NCBI GenBank assembly: GCA_045580585.1
Contig: JAZNOD010000154.1
Location: forward strand, 1-41,503
Direction of reading: 5' to 3'
Origin: Eubacteriales bacterium
GTDB taxonomy: Bacteria > Bacillota > Clostridia > Oscillospirales > CAG-272
Length of the DNA stretch: 41,503 nt
The notes beneath the pieces are model-generated. The model did no database searches. It was not told where the DNA came from and worked only from the letters and a program-made list of their open reading frames with translations. This document shows, one piece after another, positions 8,046 through 17,419 of the stretch (its first letter is position 1; each line of letters begins with the position of its first letter). The position numbers and the translations under genes are program-made.

Positions 8046-8107
8046 ACAGGCAAACGGCGTAAACCGTAAGATTAAGTAAAGAAATATTAAGTTAAGGAGA
8101 TAAAACA

Positions 8108-8302
8108 ATGGGAAAAATCAAAACTCATAAGGCTTCTGCCAAGCGTTTTTCCGTTACGGGCAACGGCTTGGTAAAAATGAATCACTCGCACCATCGCCAT
8201 AAACTTGGCATCAAGGATCAGAAGAGAAAGAGACATCTTCGCTCCGGCACTTACGTTGAGGGCAAGGTAGCATCTAATATCCGCGCTCTTATCAACAAGT
8301 AA
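8108..8302 (+). CDS. rpmI: 50S ribosomal protein L35
   Basis: The 64-aa basic protein reads MGKIKTHKASAKRF... and lies between infC and rplT. Confidence 0.95.
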   Translation: MGKIKTHKASAKRFSVTGNGLVKMNHSHHRHKLGIKDQKRKRHLRSGTYVEGKVASNIRALINK

Positions 8303-8326
8303 GAAAGTAACAGGAGGTATTGAACA

Positions 8327-8680
8327 ATGGCAAGAGTTAAAGGCGCAATGATGACGCGCAAGAGAAGAAATAAAGTTCTGAAGGCAGCCAAGGGTTACTG
8401 GGGCGCAAAGAGCAAGCACTTTAAGATGGCTAAGCAAGCCGTTATGAAGAGCGGTAACTACGCTTTCATCGGCCGCAAGCAGAAGAAGAGAGATTTCCGC
8501 CGTCTGTGGATCGCGCGTATCTCCGCTGAAGCTAAGGTCAACGGAATGAACTATTCCACCTTTATCCACGGTCTCAAGAAGGCTGGCATCGACCTTAACC
8601 GTAAGATGCTCGCTGAGATCGCAGTTGCTGATAAGGCTGGCTTTGCAGCACTTGCAGAGCAGGCAAAGGCAGCTCTCTGA
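8327..8680 (+). CDS. rplT: 50S ribosomal protein L20
   Basis: The 117-aa product reads [29 protein letters not shown]..., the canonical L20 N-terminus. Confidence 0.96.
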   Translation: MARVKGAMMTRKRRNKVLKAAKGYWGAKSKHFKMAKQAVMKSGNYAFIGRKQKKRDFRRLWIARISAEAKVNGMNYSTFIHGLKKAGIDLNRKMLAEIAVADKAGFAALAEQAKAAL

Positions 8681-8696
8681 TCGATTATAGTATAGT

Positions 8697-8732
8697 GACT
8701 GTCGCGAGCGCACGCCCGCGGCAGTCGTTTTT
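8697..8732 (+). terminator. Intrinsic terminator after rplT
   Basis: A GACTGTCGCG...CGCGGCAGTC stem (one G-U pair) is followed by GTTTTT. Confidence 0.7.
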
Positions 8733-8755
8733 GTAAAATCATTTGAGGTGTTGAT

Positions 8756-9595
8756 ATGTCAAGTGAAGCCGTGTATATAAGCTCGCGTCAAAATCCATAC
8801 GTTATGCGTATAGCTTCTCTTTCGGATAACAAGGGAAGGGAGCGCGAGGGGCTTTTTAAATTCAGCGGATTCAAGCTCTTTTGCGAGGCTGTTGCCTGCG
8901 GATTGGCGATAGAGCGTGTTATTCTGCGCGAGGATGTTGAAGGCAAGTTGGGCGCTGAAGTACGCCGAATTATGCCGAATGCTCATGTTTGTGTTTTTTC
9001 GGAGTCCGCATTTGATAAGGTCAGTGATGAAAAATCGCCCGAAGGCATAATAACTGTTGCAAAACATATTGACAAAATCGCAAAAATTGCTACAATAAAT
9101 AATATAGCAAATCTTTTGCCGTCAGAAGCAACGGTCATAGCGCTTGAGTCGTTGCGAGATCCCGGAAACCTCGGAACAATCATTCGTTCCGCGGCGGCAT
9201 TTGGCGTGGATACGCTTGTTTTATCTTCTGATTGCGCGGACGTCTATAATCCGCGTACTATAAGGGGTGCGATGGGGGCGCTTTTTTCCAGACGAATATT
9301 GATAACGGATGATCTGCCCACCCTTATAGGAAAGCTGTCGGCTCTCGGCAGGCGTACCATTGCGGCAACCCTCTCTCCCGATGCTGTTTTGCTTGGCGAC
9401 GTTGGACTTTCGAGGAGCGACTGTATCGTTATAGGAAACGAGGGACACGGGCTGTCGGAAGAAACGGTAAAGGCTTGCACAAATGCCGTCATTATTCCAA
9501 TGTGCAGCGGCGTGGGCGTCGAATCGCTCAACGCGGCGACGGCGGCATCAATATTTATGTGGGAATTAACTAAAAATGAAGGACGCTCTGTATGA
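8756..9595 (+). CDS. TrmH/SpoU-family RNA 2'-O-methyltransferase
   Basis: SpoU methylase motifs are present: LESLRDPGNLGTIIRSAAAFG, IVIGNEGHGLS and IPMCSGVGVESLNAATAASIFMWE. Confidence 0.85.
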   Translation: MSSEAVYISSRQNPYVMRIASLSDNKGREREGLFKFSGFKLFCEAVACGLAIERVILREDVEGKLGAEVRRIMPNAHVCVFSESAFDKVSDEKSPEGIITVAKHIDKIAKIATINNIANLLPSEATVIALESLRDPGNLGTIIRSAAAFGVDTLVLSSDCADVYNPRTIRGAMGALFSRRILITDDLPTLIGKLSALGRRTIAATLSPDAVLLGDVGLSRSDCIVIGNEGHGLSEETVKACTNAVIIPMCSGVGVESLNAATAASIFMWELTKNEGRSV

Positions 9596-10835
9596 CACTT
9601 GGCTTACTACTGTCTTACCGGCGGGAGGATGCGAGTACAAAAAGCTCTTTAACTATTTTACCGATGCGTATGAGATATATCGGGCAAATGAGGCCGAGCT
9701 TGAAGCGGCGGGGGCTTCCGCAAAGCTCGTGTATGCTATGCGAGGCAAGGACCTTAACCGTGCCGCCAGAATAAACGAATATTGTAACCGCCAAGGCATA
9801 GAGCTTATCACCTGCTTTGACAAGCGCTATCCGCAAAGGCTGGCAAGCATTCAAGCTCCGCCGTTTGCGTTTTACGTAATGGGTAATATGCCCGATATCG
9901 ACTACGGCTTCAACGTTGCCGTTGTAGGAACTCGCAAAATGAGCGAATATGGAATGAAGAGCGCGTATAAACTATCATACGAGCTTGCATCCGCAGGCGC
10001 TCGAATCATCAGCGGAATGGCACTCGGCATTGATTCTGTGGCCGCCTGCGCCGCTATTGAAGCAGCCGGAAGCACGCTTGCCGTGCTGGGGTGCGGACTT
10101 GACCGCGCATATCCGCCCGAGCATAAAAGGCTTATGGAGGTCATAGCTCAAAACGGAGCTGTTTTCAGTGAATTTCCGCCCGGAACACCTCCGGCGCGAA
10201 CTAATTTTCCAATCAGAAATCGAATTATGAGTGGTCTTTGTCAAAGCATTCTTGTCGTGGAGGCAGGATATGGCAGCGGAGCTCTTATTACCGCCAAAGA
10301 GGCAATAAGGCAGGGTAGAGCCGTGTATGCCGTTCCCGGACATATCGATTCACCGTCGTCCGCAGGTGTTAATTCTTTGATACATGCGGGTGTGCGGGTA
10401 GCTCTTGACTCCGGCGATATCCTTGAGGACGCTCAGGAGCTGTACGGCGATTTTTTCAACGAGAGTGCGTATGCACACGCCCAAGCTCATTCTGCGTACC
10501 GCGACGGCGTGCTTGAAAAATACGGAGTTGCTTCGGTTTGTTCCGGTAGGTCTACGGCAAACACTCTTATAAATAAGAAAAACCGTCCGCAGCCGCAGTT
10601 TGCGCCTGCCCCCACCCCGCCGCCTGCGAAAGAAGAAAAGCGTGAGGCTATGGCAGGACTCGGTGCAGATGCACTCCGCGTGCTTGAATATATGCCCGTG
10701 GGCGAGGCAGTCCCCGTTGATTATTTCACGGAATTGGAATTTTCATCAGCTCAATTGACAAGAATACTTTTCGGACTTGAACTTTCGGGCGCTGTAAGAA
10801 GCGCGCCCGGCGGAACGTACGTCCGTCTTAAATAA
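9576..10835 (+). CDS. dprA: DNA-processing protein DprA (Smf)
   Basis: The Rossmann-like DprA core is present (VAVVGTRKMSEYG, ISGMALGIDSVAACAA, VVEAGYGSGALITA), along with a C-terminal winged-helix-like tail. It precedes topA, as in the B. subtilis smf-topA order. Confidence 0.9.
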   Translation: MKDALYDTWLTTVLPAGGCEYKKLFNYFTDAYEIYRANEAELEAAGASAKLVYAMRGKDLNRAARINEYCNRQGIELITCFDKRYPQRLASIQAPPFAFYVMGNMPDIDYGFNVAVVGTRKMSEYGMKSAYKLSYELASAGARIISGMALGIDSVAACAAIEAAGSTLAVLGCGLDRAYPPEHKRLMEVIAQNGAVFSEFPPGTPPARTNFPIRNRIMSGLCQSILVVEAGYGSGALITAKEAIRQGRAVYAVPGHIDSPSSAGVNSLIHAGVRVALDSGDILEDAQELYGDFFNESAYAHAQAHSAYRDGVLEKYGVASVCSGRSTANTLINKKNRPQPQFAPAPTPPPAKEEKREAMAGLGADALRVLEYMPVGEAVPVDYFTELEFSSAQLTRILFGLELSGAVRSAPGGTYVRLK

Positions 10836-10856
10836 AGAAAGGTAATATCATCGCAT

Positions 10857-13178
10857 ATGAAAAATCTCGTTATCATAGAATCCCCGCCTAAGGCGCACAC
10901 CATACAGAGCTGTCTTGGACAAAATTATAAGGTAGTTGCATCCAAGGGACACGTTAAAGACCTTCCTAAAAGCACTTTTGGAATTGATATAGATAATGAT
11001 TTCGCTCCTCACTACATTAATATTCGCGGTAAAGGAGATCTTATCAAGGAGCTTAAAAAAGAAGCTAAGAATGCAAATAAGGTCTTTCTCGCAACCGACC
11101 CCGACCGCGAGGGTGAGGCTATTTCGTGGCATCTTGCATCGGCGCTTGATCTCGATCCTGCCAGAACCTACCGCGTTACGTTCAACGAGCTTACAAAGTC
11201 TGCTATAAAAACGGCGATAAAAGCGCCTCGACAGATAGATATGAATCTTGTAAACGCTCAACAGTCTCGCCGTATCCTCGACAGAATAGTCGGATATAAG
11301 CTCAGCCCTCTGCTTTGGAAAAAGGTGCGCCACGGCTTGTCCGCAGGACGCGTCCAGTCCGTCGCTACAAGGCTTGTTGTTGAGCGCGAGGAGGAGATAC
11401 GCACGTTTGTTCCCGTTGAATATTGGTCGGTTCCCACAAAGCTTATGGCTAACGGAAGCGAATTTACCGTTCGTTATTTCGGCGACAGCGCAACGGGAAA
11501 CAAGGTAAAGCTTAGCAGTGAGGCGGAGGCAATGTCTGTTGTTAATGCCATAAAGGGCAAGAGCATGACTGTCAAGACCGTAAAGCGCGGCGTCAAATAT
11601 AAGACTCCTGCTCCCCCGTTTACTACTTCTACGATGCAGCAGGAGGCTTCGCGCAAGCTCGGATTCCAGTCCGCGAGAATAATGCGAACCGCGCAAGAGC
11701 TTTATGAAGGTATAAATCTCGGTTCGGCAAATGGCGGAACGCAGGGTCTTATAACCTATATGCGTACCGATTCCCTTAGAGTTGCTGTCGAAGCGCAGGA
11801 TGCGGCACGCGCCTTTATCACGGAAAAATACGGCGAGAGCTATTGTCCGCAAAATCCGCGCGTATATAAGACCAAATCAACTGCGCAGGATGCTCACGAG
11901 GCTATTCGCCCCACAAGACCGACGCTTACGCCCGCTGATGCAAAAGCATATCTTACTCCCGACCAGTTCAAGCTCTATAAACTGATATGGGAAAGATTTG
12001 TAGCAAGCCAGATGGAGTCCGCAAAGCTCGATACGCTGAATGTTGATTTTGAATCTGCGGGACATCTTTTCCGCACGGGCGGATATACGGTAGCTTTTCA
12101 GGGCTATATGGCTTTATATGAGGAGTCTCTTGACGATGCGAGAAAGAACGCTGACGAGCTTGAGGATATAAAGAATATCAGAATTCCCGATCTGCACGAG
12201 GGAGAAGCTCTGCCAAGCACCGACATTAGTGCTGACAGACATTTCACAGAAGCGCCGCCGAGATATACAGAGGCAACGCTTATCAAGGTGCTTGAGGAGA
12301 AGGGCATCGGAAGACCGAGTACCATCACTCCTACCATTACTACTATTATTGCTCGCGAGTACGTGCGCCGCGAGGGCAAATCACTCGTCCCCACACAGCT
12401 TGGCGAGATCACCACGGCTCTTATGAAATCGGAATTTGCCGATATCGTTGATTATAAGTTTACTGCCAATATGGAGGATAAGCTTGACGGTATTGAGAAT
12501 GGCGACACCTCTATGGTAAGTGTGCTTTCGGAATTCTGGGCAGATTTTGAAAAGGAGCTTAAAGCGGCTGAGGAAAAGCTTGGTCAGGAAAAGACCGAGC
12601 TTCCCGCGGAGCTTACCGATATCATCTGCGACAAGTGCGGTGCTACAATGGTGGTTAAGAGTGGCAGATTCGGCAGATTTGCCGCTTGCCCCAATTATCC
12701 CGAGTGCAAAAATACAAAGCCACTTGATAAAAACGGCGCGGTAGCGGAAAAGAAGCCCGCCGTGGTTGCGGATTTCAAGTGTGAGGTGTGCGGCGGAGAC
12801 ATGGTACAGCGCCACGGCCCGTACGGTACGTTCTATGCGTGCGCAAATTATCCAAAATGTAAGTTTATCAAACAGCAGTCCCGCGCTCTTGACGTGCCTT
12901 GCCCCAAGTGCGGCGGTAAGATACTCATAAAGCAGGCGAGAAATAAATCCGTATTTTACGGCTGTGAGCATTATCCCGAGTGCGATTTTTCAAGCTGGGA
13001 TGCTCCTACTGCTGAAAAATGTCCAAATTGCGGAAAGATGCTTTTCAGACGCAAGGGTAAAAATCCGGGTCTTGTATGCGCAGACCGCGCGTGCGGATAT
13101 TTCAAGGAGGAAATTCTCCCCGAAACCGATGCTCCTGAGCTTCCCCCCGCCCCCACCGATGCCGACCTGCCGTTTTAA
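10857..13178 (+). CDS. topA: DNA topoisomerase I with four C-terminal C4 zinc ribbons
   Basis: The Toprim N-terminus is MKNLVIIESPPKA and the active-site region is GLITYMRTDS. There are four CxxC...CxxC ribbons between residues ~585 and 750. Confidence 0.96.
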   Translation: MKNLVIIESPPKAHTIQSCLGQNYKVVASKGHVKDLPKSTFGIDIDNDFAPHYINIRGKGDLIKELKKEAKNANKVFLATDPDREGEAISWHLASALDLDPARTYRVTFNELTKSAIKTAIKAPRQIDMNLVNAQQSRRILDRIVGYKLSPLLWKKVRHGLSAGRVQSVATRLVVEREEEIRTFVPVEYWSVPTKLMANGSEFTVRYFGDSATGNKVKLSSEAEAMSVVNAIKGKSMTVKTVKRGVKYKTPAPPFTTSTMQQEASRKLGFQSARIMRTAQELYEGINLGSANGGTQGLITYMRTDSLRVAVEAQDAARAFITEKYGESYCPQNPRVYKTKSTAQDAHEAIRPTRPTLTPADAKAYLTPDQFKLYKLIWERFVASQMESAKLDTLNVDFESAGHLFRTGGYTVAFQGYMALYEESLDDARKNADELEDIKNIRIPDLHEGEALPSTDISADRHFTEAPPRYTEATLIKVLEEKGIGRPSTITPTITTIIAREYVRREGKSLVPTQLGEITTALMKSEFADIVDYKFTANMEDKLDGIENGDTSMVSVLSEFWADFEKELKAAEEKLGQEKTELPAELTDIICDKCGATMVVKSGRFGRFAACPNYPECKNTKPLDKNGAVAEKKPAVVADFKCEVCGGDMVQRHGPYGTFYACANYPKCKFIKQQSRALDVPCPKCGGKILIKQARNKSVFYGCEHYPECDFSSWDAPTAEKCPNCGKMLFRRKGKNPGLVCADRACGYFKEEILPETDAPELPPAPTDADLPF

Positions 13179-13181
13179 GCT

Positions 13182-14528
13182 ATGAGTGATATTACGGTAA
13201 ACGTTTACGGTGCAGGACTTGCGGGTTGTGAGGCGGCGTGGCAGATAGCGAGTCGCGGGGTGAAAGTGCGTCTTTACGAGATGAAGCCGCATAAACGCAC
13301 CCCCGCACACAAGGCAGATGGATTTGCGGAGCTTGTCTGCTCCAATTCTCTGCGCTCCGACAGCGTTACCAATGCCGTCGGACTTCTCAAGGAGGAGATG
13401 CGCAGGATGGGCTCTCTCGTCATCGAGGCGGCAGATGCCACCCGTGTACCCGCAGGCTCGGCTCTTGCGGTGGACCGCGATGCGTTTTCTGCTTATATAA
13501 CTCAAAAGATCGAGGGACACCCAAATATAGAGATAGTTCGAAAAGAGGTCTGTGATATCCCCGAGGCTGAGCTGACAGTTGTCGCAACAGGACCTCTTAC
13601 TTCAGATGCTATGGCGGACCATATACAGAACAGCCTTGGCTGCTCGGGACTCCACTTTTTTGATGCCGCGGCTCCGATAGTCGATGGCGCAAGCATCAAT
13701 ACAGAGATTGCTTTCTTTGCTTCACGATATGACAAGGGGGACGCGGATTATCTCAATTGCCCCATGACCAAGGAGCAGTATGACACCTTTTACGACGCGC
13801 TCGTTACCGCAAGAGAGGCAGAGCTGCACGATTTTGACAAAAAAGAGCAGGGCGATCTTACCGTGTTTGAAGGGTGCATGCCTGTCGAGGTAATGGCGCG
13901 CCGCGGTAGGGACACTCTGCGCTACGGACCACTCAAGCCCGTTGGACTGAACGATCCGCGCCATCCCGAGGTAAAGGAATATTATGCCGTAGTACAGCTG
14001 CGGCGTGAGGATGCCGAGGGCAGTATGTTCAATCTTGTCGGCTTCCAAACACACCTCGCTTTTCCCGAGCAAAAGCGTGTTTTCGGCTTGATACCCGGGC
14101 TTGAGAATGCGGAATTTCTTCGCTATGGTGTGATGCATAGAAACACATATCTTAATTCCCCCGGACTTCTTGATGCCGATTACTCCATGCTGTCGCGAAA
14201 AAACGTCTTTTTCGCAGGGCAAATGACGGGGGTGGAAGGCTACGTTGAGTCAGCGGGATCGGGACTTGTGGCAGGTATCTCTGCCGCGCGTAAGGCGCTT
14301 GGTTTGGAGCGTGTGCTATTCCCGAACGAAACGATGATCGGCGCTATGGCTAATTACGTTTGTCACGGCGGAAGCGGCAAATTCGTTCCAATGAATGCTA
14401 ATTTCGGAATAATTCCGCCCCTTGAAAACAGAGTAAAGGGCGGCAAGGTGGCAAAATATGCCGTTTATGCCGAGCGCGCCCTTGCAGCGCTTGAGGATTT
14501 TAAGGAAAAATATGAGAATCATAATTGA
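13182..14528 (+). CDS. trmFO: Methylenetetrahydrofolate--tRNA-(uracil54-C5)-methyltransferase TrmFO (Gid)
   Basis: The FAD-binding motif [14 protein letters not shown] is present. The length (448 aa) and the position after topA match the Firmicute topA-gid synteny. Confidence 0.92.
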   Translation: MSDITVNVYGAGLAGCEAAWQIASRGVKVRLYEMKPHKRTPAHKADGFAELVCSNSLRSDSVTNAVGLLKEEMRRMGSLVIEAADATRVPAGSALAVDRDAFSAYITQKIEGHPNIEIVRKEVCDIPEAELTVVATGPLTSDAMADHIQNSLGCSGLHFFDAAAPIVDGASINTEIAFFASRYDKGDADYLNCPMTKEQYDTFYDALVTAREAELHDFDKKEQGDLTVFEGCMPVEVMARRGRDTLRYGPLKPVGLNDPRHPEVKEYYAVVQLRREDAEGSMFNLVGFQTHLAFPEQKRVFGLIPGLENAEFLRYGVMHRNTYLNSPGLLDADYSMLSRKNVFFAGQMTGVEGYVESAGSGLVAGISAARKALGLERVLFPNETMIGAMANYVCHGGSGKFVPMNANFGIIPPLENRVKGGKVAKYAVYAERALAALEDFKEKYENHN

Positions 14529-15540
14529 TTGTATGGGCGGCGATAAAGCCCCCCTTGAGGTAGTAAAGGGCGCGTATCTTGCGTCGCTTGAATATAACGC
14601 CAGCTTCATTCTTGTGGGCGACAAGGCGGCTATCGAGAAAATAGCCGCAGAGGAGCAGATAGATCTGCGCCGTTTTGATATTGTACACGCAAACAGCGTC
14701 ATTGAGATGGAGGATGATCCCATTTCTGTTGTCAGGGCAAAGAATGACTCAAGCATGAGCGTTGCTCTGCGCTTGCTCTCCGAAGGAAAGGGCGATGCCG
14801 TTGTCAGCACGGGCAACACGGGGGCGCTGTTTACGGGAGCTACGCTTATCGTTAGGAAGATAAAGGGTATTCGCAGGGCTGCTATTGCAAGCATTCTGCC
14901 CATGAATCCCCCCGTGCTGCTCCTTGATTCGGGCGCTAACGTAACTGTTACAGACGAGTATCTTGAGCAATTTGCCATTATGGGCAGTATATATATGCAA
15001 AGGGTGTATGGGCTCAACGCTCCTCGCGTAGGTCTTCTCAACAACGGTAGCGAGGAATGCAAGGGAACAGAGCTTCAGCTCAAGACCTATGCAAGACTGT
15101 CCGAGTCGCCGTCGATAAACTTCGTCGGTAACGTTGAGGCGAATAAGATACCGAAAAATGCTTGCGACGTGCTTGTTACCGACGGATTTACGGGAAATAT
15201 CCTTCTCAAATCCATCGAGGGTATGGGAAAGATGATGCTCACGACTATGAAGGAGCTTTTTTATGCCGACACAAGGACAAAGATATCTGCAGTTTTTGCA
15301 AGACATAAGGTGGCTGATATCAAAAAACGCTTCGACCCGACTGAGCATGGGGGAGCACCGATACTCGGCATATCAAAGCCCGTTATAAAAGCACATGGCT
15401 CATCAAATGCAAATGCCGTAAAAAATGCGGTACGCCAAGCGATAAATTACGCCGAAACGAGCGTTATTGTAAGCATAGCCAGAGAAACAAAGCTCTTTAC
15501 GGCTACAAAAACTATCAGTGAAAGCGAAAGTTCAAAATGA
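14512..15540 (+). CDS. plsX: Phosphate acyltransferase PlsX
   Basis: The N-terminus [14 protein letters not shown] is characteristic of PlsX. The start is moved from 14458 to the ATG at 14512, which is preceded by AAGGAAA. The gene overlaps the trmFO stop by 17 nt. Confidence 0.92.
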   Translation: MRIIIDCMGGDKAPLEVVKGAYLASLEYNASFILVGDKAAIEKIAAEEQIDLRRFDIVHANSVIEMEDDPISVVRAKNDSSMSVALRLLSEGKGDAVVSTGNTGALFTGATLIVRKIKGIRRAAIASILPMNPPVLLLDSGANVTVTDEYLEQFAIMGSIYMQRVYGLNAPRVGLLNNGSEECKGTELQLKTYARLSESPSINFVGNVEANKIPKNACDVLVTDGFTGNILLKSIEGMGKMMLTTMKELFYADTRTKISAVFARHKVADIKKRFDPTEHGGAPILGISKPVIKAHGSSNANAVKNAVRQAINYAETSVIVSIARETKLFTATKTISESESSK

Positions 15541-16274
15541 GTAATGTAAATACAGAGCTTCCGCGCGATTGCGCATTGCTTGAGAAATGTATAAAATATC
15601 ATTTTTCAAGCAGGGAGCTTTTGACCGAGGCACTCACTCACTCCTCGTATTCAAACGAACACGGCGGAGCAAAACTCTTTCCGTGTAACGAAAGACTTGA
15701 ATTTCTTGGAGATTCGGTACTGTCGGTCATTACGAGCGAATATATCTATGAAAAATTCAGCGCATCTCCCGAGGGCGACCTTACCCGAATGAGGGCGGAG
15801 CTTGTCTGCGAGAAGGCGCTTGCCGCCTTCGCCGAGGAGATAGACCTCGGAAACTATCTGCTGCTGGGCAAGGGCGAGGAAAAGGGCGGCGGTAGAAGCC
15901 GCAAATCTATTCTCGCTGATGCCTTCGAGGCACTGATAGCCGCTGTGTATCTTGATTCAGCGAATACGGGCGACGGCAGAGATGCCGTGCGGGCTTATCT
16001 TTTGCCCTTGATTGAAAAAAGGCTCCGGGTGCTTTTGAACGAGTGGCACGGCGCAGATTACAAGACCTTGCTCCAGCAGCTCATTCAGCGCTCGGAGGGC
16101 GAGTTACTTGAGTATATCACAGTGGACGAGCAAGGCCCCGACCATGCAAAGGTGTTTACGGTCGAGGCGCGCCTCAATTCCAATATCATCGGTAAGGGAG
16201 AGGGCGCAACCAAGCGCGCCGCGGAGCAAGCTGCGGCAAAGCAGGCACTCGTCCTTTTCGGTGAACTTAAATAA
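15537..16274 (+). CDS. rnc: Ribonuclease III
   Basis: The RNase III signature ERLEFLGDSVL is present, with a C-terminal dsRBD (GEGATKRAAEQAAAKQAL). An ATGA overlap with plsX suggests translational coupling. Confidence 0.95.
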   Translation: MSNVNTELPRDCALLEKCIKYHFSSRELLTEALTHSSYSNEHGGAKLFPCNERLEFLGDSVLSVITSEYIYEKFSASPEGDLTRMRAELVCEKALAAFAEEIDLGNYLLLGKGEEKGGGRSRKSILADAFEALIAAVYLDSANTGDGRDAVRAYLLPLIEKRLRVLLNEWHGADYKTLLQQLIQRSEGELLEYITVDEQGPDHAKVFTVEARLNSNIIGKGEGATKRAAEQAAAKQALVLFGELK

Positions 16275-16287
16275 TGCCGTAATCGAT

Positions 16288-16334
16288 ACGGAGCCGTAGG
16301 CGGCGTTGCCGCGGCTCCGTGCTTTTGGTTTTTT
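16288..16334 (+). terminator. Intrinsic terminator after rnc
   Basis: The hairpin ACGGAGCCG-...-CGGCTCCGT is followed by GCTTTTGGTTTTTT. Confidence 0.7.
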
Positions 16335-16339
16335 GGAGG

Positions 16340-17386
16340 ATGAAATTGGCACATAAAAATATACCGATATTTATTCCGCACCTCGGCTGTCCGAACGGCT
16401 GTGTTTTTTGTGACCAGCGTGCGATATCGGGGCAGATAGAATTTTGTGAAGCGGACGTTGAACGCCAACTTGCCGAATCCGTTGCAACACTTAACGAGTC
16501 GGATGAGGCGGAGATAGCCTTTTTCGGCGGCTCGTTTACGGGTATAGACCGCGCACTTATGGTGCGCCTTCTCGAAATGGCACAGCCCTATCTCGCTTCC
16601 GGCAAGGTCAGCTCCATTCGTTGCTCCACTCGCCCCGATTACATAAACGACGAAATACTTTCCATTTTGTTACGCTATGGAGTAAAAACGGTGGAGCTTG
16701 GCATACAGAGTACGTCCGATGAGGTTCTTTCGGCAAGTAAGCGCGGTCATACAGCCGATGTGGCAAGACGTGCGGCGGCGGCACTCAAATCGGCGGGGTT
16801 TAGCTTTATAGGTCAGATGATGATAGGACTTCCCGCATCAAATATCGAACGCGAGATTGCAACGGCGCGCGGGATATGTGCCATGGGAGCCGACGGAGCA
16901 AGAGTGTATCCCACGGTAGTTTTTGCAAACACGGAGCTTTCCAATATGTCAGTGTCGGGTGAATATGAGCCGCTTTCAGAGGATGATGCGGTGCGGCGCA
17001 CTGCGGCGGTTCTTGAGGTGTTCGAGGGGGCGGGTGTTCCCGTTATCCGTGTAGGATTGTGCTCCGGTGAGAGTTTGTCATCTCCCGAAAAGGCAGTTGC
17101 GGGCGCACGCCATCCCGCCATAGGAGAGCTTGCTATGGGTGAGGTCATGTTTAACAGGATGTGCGCGGAAATAGAACGGAAGTTTACCGCGTGCGGGCGG
17201 ATGAGACCCGAGCAAACACTCGTCATTTTTGTGCCAAAGGGTGCAACATCTCGTGCCGTTGGGCAAAATAAACGCAATATTTTGCGAATTCGCGAAAAAT
17301 ATTCCGCACTATATCAAATAAATCGCATAAAAATTGTTGAAAAAGTTTCTATAATAGGTTATAATATTATGATAGACATTTTATAA
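16340..17386 (+). CDS. Radical SAM protein (ELP3/COG1243-like core, no acetyltransferase domain)
   Basis: The CxxxCxxC cluster motif is HLGCPNGCVFCDQ, near the N-terminus. The start is ambiguous. GGAGG (16335-16339) abuts the ATG at 16340, so the TTG at 16346 (6-nt spacing) is an alternative. The ORF-track GTG at 16319 lies inside the rnc terminator. Confidence 0.8.
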   Translation: MKLAHKNIPIFIPHLGCPNGCVFCDQRAISGQIEFCEADVERQLAESVATLNESDEAEIAFFGGSFTGIDRALMVRLLEMAQPYLASGKVSSIRCSTRPDYINDEILSILLRYGVKTVELGIQSTSDEVLSASKRGHTADVARRAAAALKSAGFSFIGQMMIGLPASNIEREIATARGICAMGADGARVYPTVVFANTELSNMSVSGEYEPLSEDDAVRRTAAVLEVFEGAGVPVIRVGLCSGESLSSPEKAVAGARHPAIGELAMGEVMFNRMCAEIERKFTACGRMRPEQTLVIFVPKGATSRAVGQNKRNILRIREKYSALYQINRIKIVEKVSIIGYNIMIDIL

Positions 17387-17419
17387 CTTTGATTATATAA
17401 AACTTCGGAGGTTATTTCT

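Noticed and set aside
7548-8108. 186-aa ORF antisense to infC
   Set aside because: It is a shadow of infC and has no independent signals.
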